DNA of 64,000 nt, taken from an uncultured Candidatus Saccharibacteria bacterium (lineage in GTDB: Bacteria; Patescibacteriota; Minisyncoccia; Phycocordibacterales; DAORIS01). Position 1 is the stretch's first letter, and every line of letters begins with the position of its first letter. The stretch covers positions 131,712 through 195,711 of the forward strand of contig CAZXUH010000001.1 in NCBI GenBank assembly GCA_964644035.1. The letters are read 5' to 3'. The translations under genes were made by a program, and so were the position numbers. The notes under the pieces were generated by a model. That model saw only the letters and a list, made by a program, of their open reading frames with translations. It was not told the DNA's origin and ran no database searches. This document shows positions 38,534 through 46,889 of the stretch, one piece after another.

Positions 38534-40852
38534 TTATAATGCTTTACCTGCCGTACCCCATTGCGAGAGCAGTATTGAAAAGTCTATTGAATCGACACGT
38601 CGGTCTTTGTTGATATCAACGCATGTATTCTTAAATGGTGGAGCGGTCTTCCAGAAAGCGAGCAATATAGAGAAGTCAACTGAGTTTACATTGTTGTCGC
38701 CATTGAGGTCTGCTCCTTTGCAGGCTCCTTGCGGAGTTGGTACGGGAGTAGGTGCTGGTGCACCTCCACCGCCTCCACCACCGCCGGGTGAGGGTGTTGG
38801 AGTAGGATCAGGAGTGCTATCACTGGTAATGGTAAATGAACGTGATGAACCTGATGATTCGGTGCCGAAGTAGACGACAACCTTGAAGTAATACGAGCCA
38901 GCTGTCGAAACTGTAGCAGTAAGATTGGTATTCCAGTCTTCACCAGGGTTGATGAATTTTGCGCCGGTGCCATGGTAGACATCATTGCCACCACCGCAAG
39001 CATTGTCGGACTGACTGACGACGCACCATTCGTATTGGTATTCATAACCAGCCAAACCTTCATTGGTAATTGTTAGATTTGCACTGACGTTTGGTGTGCT
39101 CGTAGCGGTGACGCTATTGATAATCACTTGGGCAGGCGAGCCGGCGACAAGCCAATAGTCATTGGTTGTAATGATTTTGCCGCTTTCGACTTCTGTTTCT
39201 ACGACTGATTCCCATACACCCTGTGACGCTCCTGAAGAGACAGAGTATGTGTATTCATAGAGTCCAGCTCCAATATCGGTCATCGGTACAGAAGAGACTA
39301 CGACGTTTCTATCAGCATCGTAGAGTGTGATTTCTGGAGCGGCAAAAACATCTTGGGCAATACTCGAGCTATTGAGTGTTGATACTTTTGCTCGGTACGT
39401 ACTGCCATTTTGAACAGATGAATAGTCGGACATAGTTACGAGCCATGTTGCAGTTTGATTGGCCAAAGATGCGCGTGAAGAAGTAGTGGTATCGATATTA
39501 TCTGCGAGGCGCTTACCAATGGAGTTGACCGTATTGAGACTTGAAGTAAGGGTATTCCAGACATCGGCGGCAGTAATATCGTTGCCATATTGGGTTAGAG
39601 TTCGTGCGCTGTTACCCCACACAGCTGAAACAATACTTGATGTTGAATAGTCGGTCAGAGTTCTGCTGGTTACGCTCCATACATCTGCTGCAGTGAGCGT
39701 ACTCGTACTTCTACTTGATATCTGTGCATCGATATTGTCAGCTAGGCGTTTGCCAATACTGCCTGATGTGGTGAGTTGGGCTGCAGCACGATTCCATACT
39801 TCATACGCTGTTGTTGAAGCCAAAGAAGCTGCGTTTGTCGATGATCCATAATCAGTAAGTGATCGACTCGCATGAGTCCAAATATCTGTTGCAGAAATAT
39901 CGTTGAGACCATTTATAAGATTCCTATTGGCAAGTATTTCAGCAAAAATACCCGATGTGGCAATCTGAAGACTTGAAGTCAAATCAGTATTGGTGACCAA
40001 TGATCCGCCTGAACTAAGTGTAGAGTCGGTAAGTCGTCGTGTTGCGTTACTCCATATTGCTGAAGCAATGCTTGTTGTGGAATAGTTGGTGAGTGTTCTA
40101 GTTGTTGCATTCCAGACTTCATCAGCGGTCAAACTACTTGTTCCACGACTTGAAATTTGTGCGTCGATATTGTCTGCAAGAAGTTTTCCGAATGTTCCTG
40201 GTGAGGCAAAGCCGGCAACAGCTCTATTCCATACCTCATATGCTGTTGTCGAAGCAACTGTCGATGATCCATAATCGGTAAGTGTTCTACCTGTAAAGTT
40301 CCAAATATCACTTACTACAGATCCGAGAGATGAAAGTGTCCTTGTGCCACTATTCCAGACTGCTGAAGCAATGCTGCTTGTTGAAACAGCGGCTGAAGCA
40401 ACGGTAAATGTTCTATCTGTTTTAATAAGATCTCCTGCAAGGGCTGTGCCGCAGGTCATAGATGTAGGCCAATTGCCAAGTGCAGCATCAGAAGCAAGGG
40501 AATATGAATAATAATGCCAGCCAGTTGCTTCGGCAGTCATGGTTGCATTGTTTACTTTTTGAGTGCTTGTCGAATCGTATATTGTTACCCAGCAAGGAGT
40601 AGTGGTAGCTGAATAATTGTCATCGTATACAAATTCGCCAATAGTAACCGTATCTCCAGGGGAATATCTCTGATACTGGGCAAATGCCGTATGTGAAAAA
40701 CTAATACCAAATGTAAATAAAAACAGTAAAAAGAATAGTTTTGATTTTAGAGAATAATGTTTTTTACAAAAAATAGAGTAATGCATGGAAGTAGCAGTCC
40801 AATTGCTCATAATGATAGCCCATATAGCATTAGTTATCAACACGATATGCAT
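38534..40852 (-). CDS. Large secreted repeat protein with C-terminal type-I dockerin domain
   Basis: 772 aa. Likely start at the internal MHYSIF (signal peptide KKHYSLKSKLFFLLFLFTFGISFSHTAFA|QY). At least ten ~19-aa repeats of consensus xxA(S/D)(D/E)VWNxx(T/S)RTLT(D/N)Y(G/S)S, within a duplicated ~110-aa super-repeat. PTPTPSPGGGGGGGGAPAPTPVPTP linker. C-terminal GADLNGDNNVNSVDFSILLAFW...DINKDRRVDSIDFSILLSQWG is a duplicated F-hand dockerin. Confidence 0.55.
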   Translation of the reverse strand: MHIVLITNAIWAIIMSNWTATSMHYSIFCKKHYSLKSKLFFLLFLFTFGISFSHTAFAQYQRYSPGDTVTIGEFVYDDNYSATTTPCWVTIYDSTSTQKVNNATMTAEATGWHYYSYSLASDAALGNWPTSMTCGTALAGDLIKTDRTFTVASAAVSTSSIASAVWNSGTRTLSSLGSVVSDIWNFTGRTLTDYGSSTVASTTAYEVWNRAVAGFASPGTFGKLLADNIDAQISSRGTSSLTADEVWNATTRTLTNYSTTSIASAIWSNATRRLTDSTLSSGGSLVTNTDLTSSLQIATSGIFAEILANRNLINGLNDISATDIWTHASRSLTDYGSSTNAASLASTTAYEVWNRAAAQLTTSGSIGKRLADNIDAQISSRSTSTLTAADVWSVTSRTLTDYSTSSIVSAVWGNSARTLTQYGNDITAADVWNTLTSSLNTVNSIGKRLADNIDTTTSSRASLANQTATWLVTMSDYSSVQNGSTYRAKVSTLNSSSIAQDVFAAPEITLYDADRNVVVSSVPMTDIGAGLYEYTYSVSSGASQGVWESVVETEVESGKIITTNDYWLVAGSPAQVIINSVTATSTPNVSANLTITNEGLAGYEYQYEWCVVSQSDNACGGGNDVYHGTGAKFINPGEDWNTNLTATVSTAGSYYFKVVVYFGTESSGSSRSFTITSDSTPDPTPTPSPGGGGGGGGAPAPTPVPTPQGACKGADLNGDNNVNSVDFSILLAFWKTAPPFKNTCVDINKDRRVDSIDFSILLSQWGTAGKAL

Positions 40853-40903
40853 ACCTATAAATTATTGCGTTAGGTATAATTGCAATGAAACAAGCTACTA
40901 TAT

Positions 40904-41557
40904 ATGTCGCCTACGAAGAACACTACCAGAAAAAAAGATGATCCTTCGTTGCTCGATTTACGGGCACGCAAAACTGCTGCTCAGGCGGCTGTAGCGGCAC
41001 GAGCAATTAGAGAAAAAAAGATTCAGATAGAGGAAGAAAAAAATAAAGAAGAAGATGATAAGAAAAGAGCATTTCTCAAAGTTGCTGGCGTGGCCGGAGT
41101 AGGTTTGATCGCTTCTCAGATTATTCCGCAAAAAGCCGAAGCGTTGATCATGGGAGGCACACCTTCTGCGAGTGTTGTAGGTGTAAAGAATGCAAACAAT
41201 ACAAGAATCAATCCTGCAACCGAAGAAACGCTATCTTTGCTGCTTGCCGGCCAGGGAGTTACCAAACTAACCATCAATCTTTCTTCTTCGGGCAATGTCC
41301 ACACTCCAGCAGCAGGGAAAAAGATACGTGTCTATGCCTCTCGTTTTTCTCTAACTGCTGATGCGACTTCCGTTTCTTTTCGTTTTACAGCTGGCGGCAC
41401 TGATCATGAAAAATATGTTTCTCCAAAAGCTGGAGGTCTCTATGGAGCAAATAATCATCCAAATTATATAGAAGGGGGAGCCGATCAGGTGCTATACTGT
41501 GTCATATCAGGAACAACCACGGTTCAAATTAACATTGATTATTTGGAAGTTTCCTAA
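40904..41557 (+). CDS. Exported/membrane protein with Tat-like (KR variant) signal and beta-rich domain
   Basis: 217 aa. Long basic n-region, KRAFLK, a Gly/Ala-rich weakly hydrophobic h-region VAGVAGVGLIAS, and AEA|L. This is a twin-arginine-like signal with KR in place of RR. Confidence 0.45.
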   Translation: MSPTKNTTRKKDDPSLLDLRARKTAAQAAVAARAIREKKIQIEEEKNKEEDDKKRAFLKVAGVAGVGLIASQIIPQKAEALIMGGTPSASVVGVKNANNTRINPATEETLSLLLAGQGVTKLTINLSSSGNVHTPAAGKKIRVYASRFSLTADATSVSFRFTAGGTDHEKYVSPKAGGLYGANNHPNYIEGGADQVLYCVISGTTTVQINIDYLEVS

Positions 41558-41563
41558 ATCTAT

Positions 41564-44227
41564 ATGGCAAAACGAGCAATAGAACATCTTTTCACTGGAG
41601 CAACTACGCCGTATACGATATACGATTCATCGAAGACGGTATTGGGAGATTTGATTCAGCAGTATAGTGGACTCACTCCAACCGACAACTTCGCTGGTCC
41701 TGCCAAAATGGGTGTAGCACGACCAATGGAAACAGGAACCAACGTTCCAGGTGTATTTCCGCACGTTATTTCATGGGCTGACAAATCTGGTCTTTATACT
41801 ACAGGTACTGTTTCAGTATCGGGAGTCAACGTTACCGGTAGCGGCACAGGCTGGCTGGCCAATGGAGTGCCGATTGGGGCGAGAATTGGTTTTGGTTCTA
41901 CAAATAATGCTGATATCACTACATGGTATACCATTGCAGCTATCCCTTCGGCTACATCTCTGACCCTCGCAACTCCTGCGGGTACTATCGCCGGCGGTAC
42001 AGCTTTTGTTATTGATAAGACACTTCAAAAAGATTGGGTATTTCTAGCTGACAACCTTGGCGCAGCGGTCACGAGACGTATTACCTGTTTTATTTACGAT
42101 CGCACTACGTCACTCTTTACATGGAGAGGTTTTATTATCATGACCTATGCAGCTGGCGGAGGCACGCAGACTATAAGAGGTATGCGTATTATTTACGATA
42201 CCTATACAACAGGCACTATAGAAGTCGCTGGCGCTACGGTCACTGGCACTGGTACAGCATGGTCTGCAAGTCGTATGTCGATCGGTTCTCGAATAGGTTT
42301 TGGAAGTACTGATCCGACGCAAATTGCCACATGGTATTACATCAATGCTGTCAACTCCGATACGTCTATAACAATACAATCAACCGTCACGACGTCGGGT
42401 ACCGGAGGTACAGCTGCAAATATTACGATTGGCTCAGGTACTGCGTATGTTATCGAAGATTTAAAAGTTCTTACAGCTACTACAGCTGCCGTGCTTGCTG
42501 CAGCTGGACTTTCTATGACCAATGGTTTGGCATTCGATGATTTTACGGTTGGCGGTACGACCATTGCCGCAGCAACAACGGTAGACAAAACAAAGGTTGT
42601 ATATAGCTTGGTTGATCTTGACTCTGTATATAGTACCGGCACGGTGACCGTGCCAACATCTACTACCGTAACTGGTGTTGGTACTGCGTGGACGGCTGCG
42701 CTTTATTTGGGTTGTAGAATTGGTTTTGGTTCTACAAACCCTGCTTCGATTACTACGTGGTACACCATTACTGCTGTGGCATCGACTACCTCCATGACTA
42801 TTTCATCAAATGCGACGGTTGCCGGCGGTTCAAACTATGTAATCGTTGGAGGCAACGGCGTAGCCTGCGGATTGGCGATAGACGACAGAGTAAGTTGGAC
42901 CGAACAGTATGCCTATGTGTTGGAAATGCAGGCCGCTACAACACCGCAAGTATATAAATATAATTTTAGAACCGATCTTACAACGCTTGGAGGCATTGCT
43001 ACGGGGAAAACGTCTTCAGCGTGGGTGCTGACAACGGGTTTACAGACGATTGCTGGCTCTCTAACCCAAACCAACAATGGGAGAATAGGTGCGCTCGGAC
43101 ATGGACCAGGTGCAGGAGTAAAATGTTTGTATTTCGTTTCCGGTACGAGGGTTCACCGTGCTCCGCTTACTGATATTACCCAAGGTAGTACGACATGGAT
43201 ATCAGATTCTATGACCGAAGTACCGACAGGCGGATCTTCGACGTATACACTTTCGAGCTTGCTGACAAGCGTAGAAATTGCCGACCAGATCGATAGACTT
43301 ATTTTGACGTCCACTGGTGCTGGTGCGACAGTTGCGCATCATCGAGCGTACATTACCAAGTACGACGCTTCGGGTTCATATGAATTTGATCATATTTTCA
43401 TGACTGATACAGGTCAGCAAGACCAAAGTACCGCCGATTCAGATTCGACTCCTCACCCAAATACCCAAGGCGCTGCGTTGTCTGTATGGTCTCAGGGTGG
43501 TTTGGTGTATATGGCTCGTGCTGGTTTGGCTGCTACAACCAATATAATGTATGCAGTACCACTTGGTGCCGATTGGGAATATGCGACTGGTACTGTGAAG
43601 CAAAGGCTTATCACTCCTGCTATGGCTACGACCAATGCTATAAAACTTTCAAAAGTGTATGTTAACAATGCTGATTATCTTGGTGCAGGAGGTCTCACTA
43701 TGCCAACAGAACCGATACGACTGTATTATCGAACTTCCGATATAGATGATGATTCGGGGGTCTGGACATTGGTAGATCCGACAGGTGATCTTTCTGCTGC
43801 GACAGCAACCGATGAGATTCAGTTTGCAATTGAATTCCGCACTATTGGAGCAATTTGCATACCAAATAGAATTTACAATATCTGCTGCACATACGAGGAC
43901 GATACGACCGATAGTCACTACCAGCCTTCGGTTGCCCATTCATCTACAACAGGCAAGATGTTTGCGTGGAGATTTTCTACAGCCTTTGGAAGTACGGTAC
44001 CAACGCTTAGAATCAGGCTTTACAATGCTTCAACAGGTGGTTTGCTGCTTGATGATACGACCACAGCTTCAGCTGCAGGAACATTTGAAAAATCTACCAA
44101 TGATGGCGCTGCGTGGGGATCGTACAATACTACTGACAAGGGTGTAAGTGAAACAACATATATTCGATATACACCAACTGTTCTTGCTGACAACATCAAA
44201 GTAAGAGCATTGCTCACCCAAAACTAA
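41564..44227 (+). CDS. Large Thr/Gly-rich repeat protein (three ~75-aa repeats), no signal peptide
   Basis: 887 aa. Repeats at about aa 80-150, 210-290 and 345-420, with consensus TGT(V/I)xVxGxxVTGxGTxW...IGxRIGFGSTxxxxITTWYTIxAV...(AGG)xxYVI. Beta-rich with low charge. Confidence 0.5.
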   Translation: MAKRAIEHLFTGATTPYTIYDSSKTVLGDLIQQYSGLTPTDNFAGPAKMGVARPMETGTNVPGVFPHVISWADKSGLYTTGTVSVSGVNVTGSGTGWLANGVPIGARIGFGSTNNADITTWYTIAAIPSATSLTLATPAGTIAGGTAFVIDKTLQKDWVFLADNLGAAVTRRITCFIYDRTTSLFTWRGFIIMTYAAGGGTQTIRGMRIIYDTYTTGTIEVAGATVTGTGTAWSASRMSIGSRIGFGSTDPTQIATWYYINAVNSDTSITIQSTVTTSGTGGTAANITIGSGTAYVIEDLKVLTATTAAVLAAAGLSMTNGLAFDDFTVGGTTIAAATTVDKTKVVYSLVDLDSVYSTGTVTVPTSTTVTGVGTAWTAALYLGCRIGFGSTNPASITTWYTITAVASTTSMTISSNATVAGGSNYVIVGGNGVACGLAIDDRVSWTEQYAYVLEMQAATTPQVYKYNFRTDLTTLGGIATGKTSSAWVLTTGLQTIAGSLTQTNNGRIGALGHGPGAGVKCLYFVSGTRVHRAPLTDITQGSTTWISDSMTEVPTGGSSTYTLSSLLTSVEIADQIDRLILTSTGAGATVAHHRAYITKYDASGSYEFDHIFMTDTGQQDQSTADSDSTPHPNTQGAALSVWSQGGLVYMARAGLAATTNIMYAVPLGADWEYATGTVKQRLITPAMATTNAIKLSKVYVNNADYLGAGGLTMPTEPIRLYYRTSDIDDDSGVWTLVDPTGDLSAATATDEIQFAIEFRTIGAICIPNRIYNICCTYEDDTTDSHYQPSVAHSSTTGKMFAWRFSTAFGSTVPTLRIRLYNASTGGLLLDDTTTASAAGTFEKSTNDGAAWGSYNTTDKGVSETTYIRYTPTVLADNIKVRALLTQN

Positions 44228-44241
44228 TATTCAGAACTGCT

Positions 44242-44982
44242 ATGATTCATATTGAGAAAGATCAAAACGTTGCTGAGAATCCAAATCTCAAAATCATGAC
44301 TCCAACAGGTGACTATGATGACAATGCTAATATAGAATTTTATGATGTCGGTAATCCAGAAATCGCCGCAGGTTCATTCCAAGCTCAATATGTAAAATAT
44401 GGCGGTCTGGTCTACAAATTCAACGATCCCAAGGAATTGGGCAATGAAATTCTCAAAATCGATCCAACGTCGACTCATACTGCAGCGTCATATGTGCGTA
44501 TGACCAATGATCTCTTGGCTCAAATGAATAGTGGATCACTCGAACCATCTTCGCTCGATCAAGCTCTTGCAAGTGAACAAGTAAAGATGGAGGAAAAAAT
44601 GGAAGAGGAGATGATCAGTGATACCAATGCAATAATTACAGACACTACAGCAACAAGCACACCTGCTGCCGATCTTCCGACGAATACTCCAGTACAGAAT
44701 CCAACCAATAACCTTGTTTCGTCTACAACACCAGCAGCATCTTTGGAAACTTCGACTACGACTCCTGCATATACACTTGAAACATCAACATCTACTCCCG
44801 CTTCTAGTGGTATTTCAACATCCACACCTTCTTCAGCTTCGTCCACACCAACTTTAAATGATACTGCATCATCAACTATCGATGCTATTAGTAAGACAGT
44901 TAATAAAATTTCAAGTACTACTGATGCAATTTCAAATGCTGTAGAAACTATTATTAGTTCGACTACTTCTCCTACATCTTAA
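44242..44982 (+). CDS. Protein with Ser/Thr-rich low-complexity C-terminal half (mucin-like)
   Basis: 246 aa. Globular N-terminal ~120 aa, then TTATSTPAADLPTNTPVQNPTNNLVSSTTPAASLETSTTTPAYTLETSTSTPASSGISTSTPSS... Confidence 0.45.
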   Translation: MIHIEKDQNVAENPNLKIMTPTGDYDDNANIEFYDVGNPEIAAGSFQAQYVKYGGLVYKFNDPKELGNEILKIDPTSTHTAASYVRMTNDLLAQMNSGSLEPSSLDQALASEQVKMEEKMEEEMISDTNAIITDTTATSTPAADLPTNTPVQNPTNNLVSSTTPAASLETSTTTPAYTLETSTSTPASSGISTSTPSSASSTPTLNDTASSTIDAISKTVNKISSTTDAISNAVETIISSTTSPTS

Positions 44983-44987
44983 TCCAT

Positions 44988-45167
44988 ATGGCTCTTACCG
45001 ATGTCAATTTCCAAGAAGGGGAAGGTCAGGACTATATTGTGGAATTACCGACAGCTTCGTATTCAGGAACTCTCTCGGATATATCGACTGAAACAGACAG
45101 CACTCAGTATTCGGTATTAGAAGTACCAGCTACAGAGGGTGGCAATATCTTTATCATGTCAGAATAG
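44988..45167 (+). CDS. Small acidic ORF (59 aa), not in the supplied track
   Basis: MALTDVNFQEGEGQDYIVELPTASYSGTLSDISTETDSTQYSVLEVPATEGGNIFIMSE. Fills the gap between the S/T-rich gene and tatC. Low support. Confidence 0.2.
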   Translation: MALTDVNFQEGEGQDYIVELPTASYSGTLSDISTETDSTQYSVLEVPATEGGNIFIMSE

Positions 45168-45170
45168 GCT

Positions 45171-45893
45171 ATGGACGAGCTGCAGAAAAAAATAAAAGAA
45201 TACTCTCCATTTTTAGAAGACCTTTTTAGGAGAATATACTTTGTAACAGTCTTTTTTGTAGCAGCTTTTGTTGTCAGTTTTTTACTTTCAGGACCGCTTA
45301 TAAAGTATTTGATCAAATTTTTTGATTTCAAGGATGTAGTCTTGGCCGCAACCTCTCCATTTCAACTCATTGACCTCGCAATGAATTCAGGAATCTTTTT
45401 TGCAGTTGTGTTTACGGTGCCAGTGATCCTGTATCACACATACGCATTCATCGGAAGCGGTCTGAGGAGAGGGGAGAAAAAATTCTTTTTTCTTTTGCTT
45501 CCAATCGCACTTCTATTATTTCTTTTTGGTTTTGTATACAGCTTTTGTATCCTGTATTTTGCCATGCAAACACTCGCTAGTATCAATCTAGCGCTTGGTG
45601 TGCAAAATCTCTGGAATATAAGCATGTTTCTTTCAGAAATTATCTCTACGTCGGCTCTACTTGGGCTTATTTTTGAGTTTCCCATATTTGTAACAGTGCT
45701 CGTAAAAATGGGTGTAATCAGTGTCGATTTTCTTAAACAAAAGAGGCGATATGCAGTCTTTATTATGTTCATCGGCACTTCTTTACTTCCCCCAACCGAT
45801 GGTATATCATTATTGATGATGGTGTTGCCACTGGTGATTATTTATGAGATCACGATCATCTATAATCAAGTAAGTTTCAGGCAATTAGCTTAA
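45171..45893 (+). CDS. tatC: Twin-arginine translocase subunit TatC
   Basis: 240 aa with 6 TM helices. N-terminal amphipathic segment and TatC-like topology (LSGPLIKYLIKFF..., FFAVVFTVPVILYHTYAFIGSGLRRGEKK). Confidence 0.75.
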   Translation: MDELQKKIKEYSPFLEDLFRRIYFVTVFFVAAFVVSFLLSGPLIKYLIKFFDFKDVVLAATSPFQLIDLAMNSGIFFAVVFTVPVILYHTYAFIGSGLRRGEKKFFFLLLPIALLLFLFGFVYSFCILYFAMQTLASINLALGVQNLWNISMFLSEIISTSALLGLIFEFPIFVTVLVKMGVISVDFLKQKRRYAVFIMFIGTSLLPPTDGISLLMMVLPLVIIYEITIIYNQVSFRQLA

Positions 45894-45918
45894 ATTATAA
45901 CTAAATACTACTAATACA

Positions 45919-46095
45919 ATGTTTGGACTTGGAACAAGAGAGCTGATAATCATTGCTGTAATCTTCATTCTACTTTTTGGTGCTAAGAAAATTCCGGAAT
46001 TGGCAAAAAGTCTTGTCGATGCAGTACGTCACATGCGCGGAGCATTCAAAGATGGAGACGAATCTAAGCCAACAGACGATTCGCGACGAAGCTAG
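45919..46095 (+). CDS. tatA: Twin-arginine translocase subunit TatA/E
   Basis: 58 aa, not in the track (<60 aa). MFGLGTRELIIIAVIFILLFGAKKIPELAKSLVDAVRHMRGAFKDG... matches the TatA consensus (MFGxGxxELxIIxVIxLLxFGxKKLPELxxxLG). Confidence 0.75.
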   Translation: MFGLGTRELIIIAVIFILLFGAKKIPELAKSLVDAVRHMRGAFKDGDESKPTDDSRRS

Positions 46096-46103
46096 TCCAA
46101 GTT

Positions 46104-46847
46104 CTACCCCTCTATTGCGAGCAAAAGGAGCATTGAGCCGATACCGATACTAATCGCAATCAACTGGATCACCGAATAGGTGAACTTTTTGGTCTTATGA
46201 AGTTCTGGAATGAGATCTGACATCGCTATATAGATAAATCCGCCTGCTGCTACAGGAATGAGCCAGAGGATGAGACTTTCAGTCATAGTACCAAGTATGA
46301 GAGCAATGATGACACCGACTATGGCAAAAAGAGCAGAAAGAAAGTTGAGCCACAGAGCTTTTGATTTTGTGTAGCCAGCATGCAACAGCACACCAAAATC
46401 TCCTATTTCTTGTGGGATTTCATGCAAAATAACAGCAATCGTTGTAGCAATACCAACTTCTATACTTATAAGATAGCTGGCGCCAATAATAATACCGTCT
46501 ATGAGATTGTGAATACCGTCGGATACTAAAATAAGATTGCCTATTGGATGTGGCGCATGATCCTCAATACCATGATGATGCCAGTGTAGAAATTTTTCTA
46601 ATACAAAAAAGATAAAGATACCACCAACAATAGCAAGTGCGAGATTGGTCGGATTGCCTATCTGCTCAAATGCTTCAGGAATGAGATGTATGAATGCGTC
46701 GCCAAGAAGGGCACCAACAGCCAGACTCACTAAAATAAAGACATACTTTTTAAGTAGTTTTTCATTGAGCGATAGGGTAAAGAGTCCAATGAGTGAAATA
46801 AGGCTGACAACGATTACGCTGGCGAGCGAATATAGATAGATAGCCAT
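46104..46847 (-). CDS. ZIP-family divalent metal transporter (ZupT-like)
   Basis: ORF to 46907; the probable start is the internal Met MAIYLYSL. HEIPQEIGDFGVLLHAG signature of ZIP transporters. Confidence 0.75.
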   Translation of the reverse strand: MAIYLYSLASVIVVSLISLIGLFTLSLNEKLLKKYVFILVSLAVGALLGDAFIHLIPEAFEQIGNPTNLALAIVGGIFIFFVLEKFLHWHHHGIEDHAPHPIGNLILVSDGIHNLIDGIIIGASYLISIEVGIATTIAVILHEIPQEIGDFGVLLHAGYTKSKALWLNFLSALFAIVGVIIALILGTMTESLILWLIPVAAGGFIYIAMSDLIPELHKTKKFTYSVIQLIAISIGIGSMLLLLAIEG

Positions 46848-46889
46848 ATAGTGAGGATTATGAGTATTTAATATACAATACAGGAGTAT

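Noticed and set aside
38511-38873. Plus-strand ORF encoding a PPPPPPPPGEGVG stretch
   Set aside because: It is the antisense of the poly-Gly/Pro-Thr linker of the dockerin protein, not an independent gene.
42110-42642. Cys/Tyr/Arg-rich ORFs in alternative frames of the 887-aa repeat gene (e.g. 42121-42312, 42331-42540)
   Set aside because: Their extreme composition arises from reading ACN/GGN-rich repeat codons out of frame. They are nested in a longer coherent ORF.
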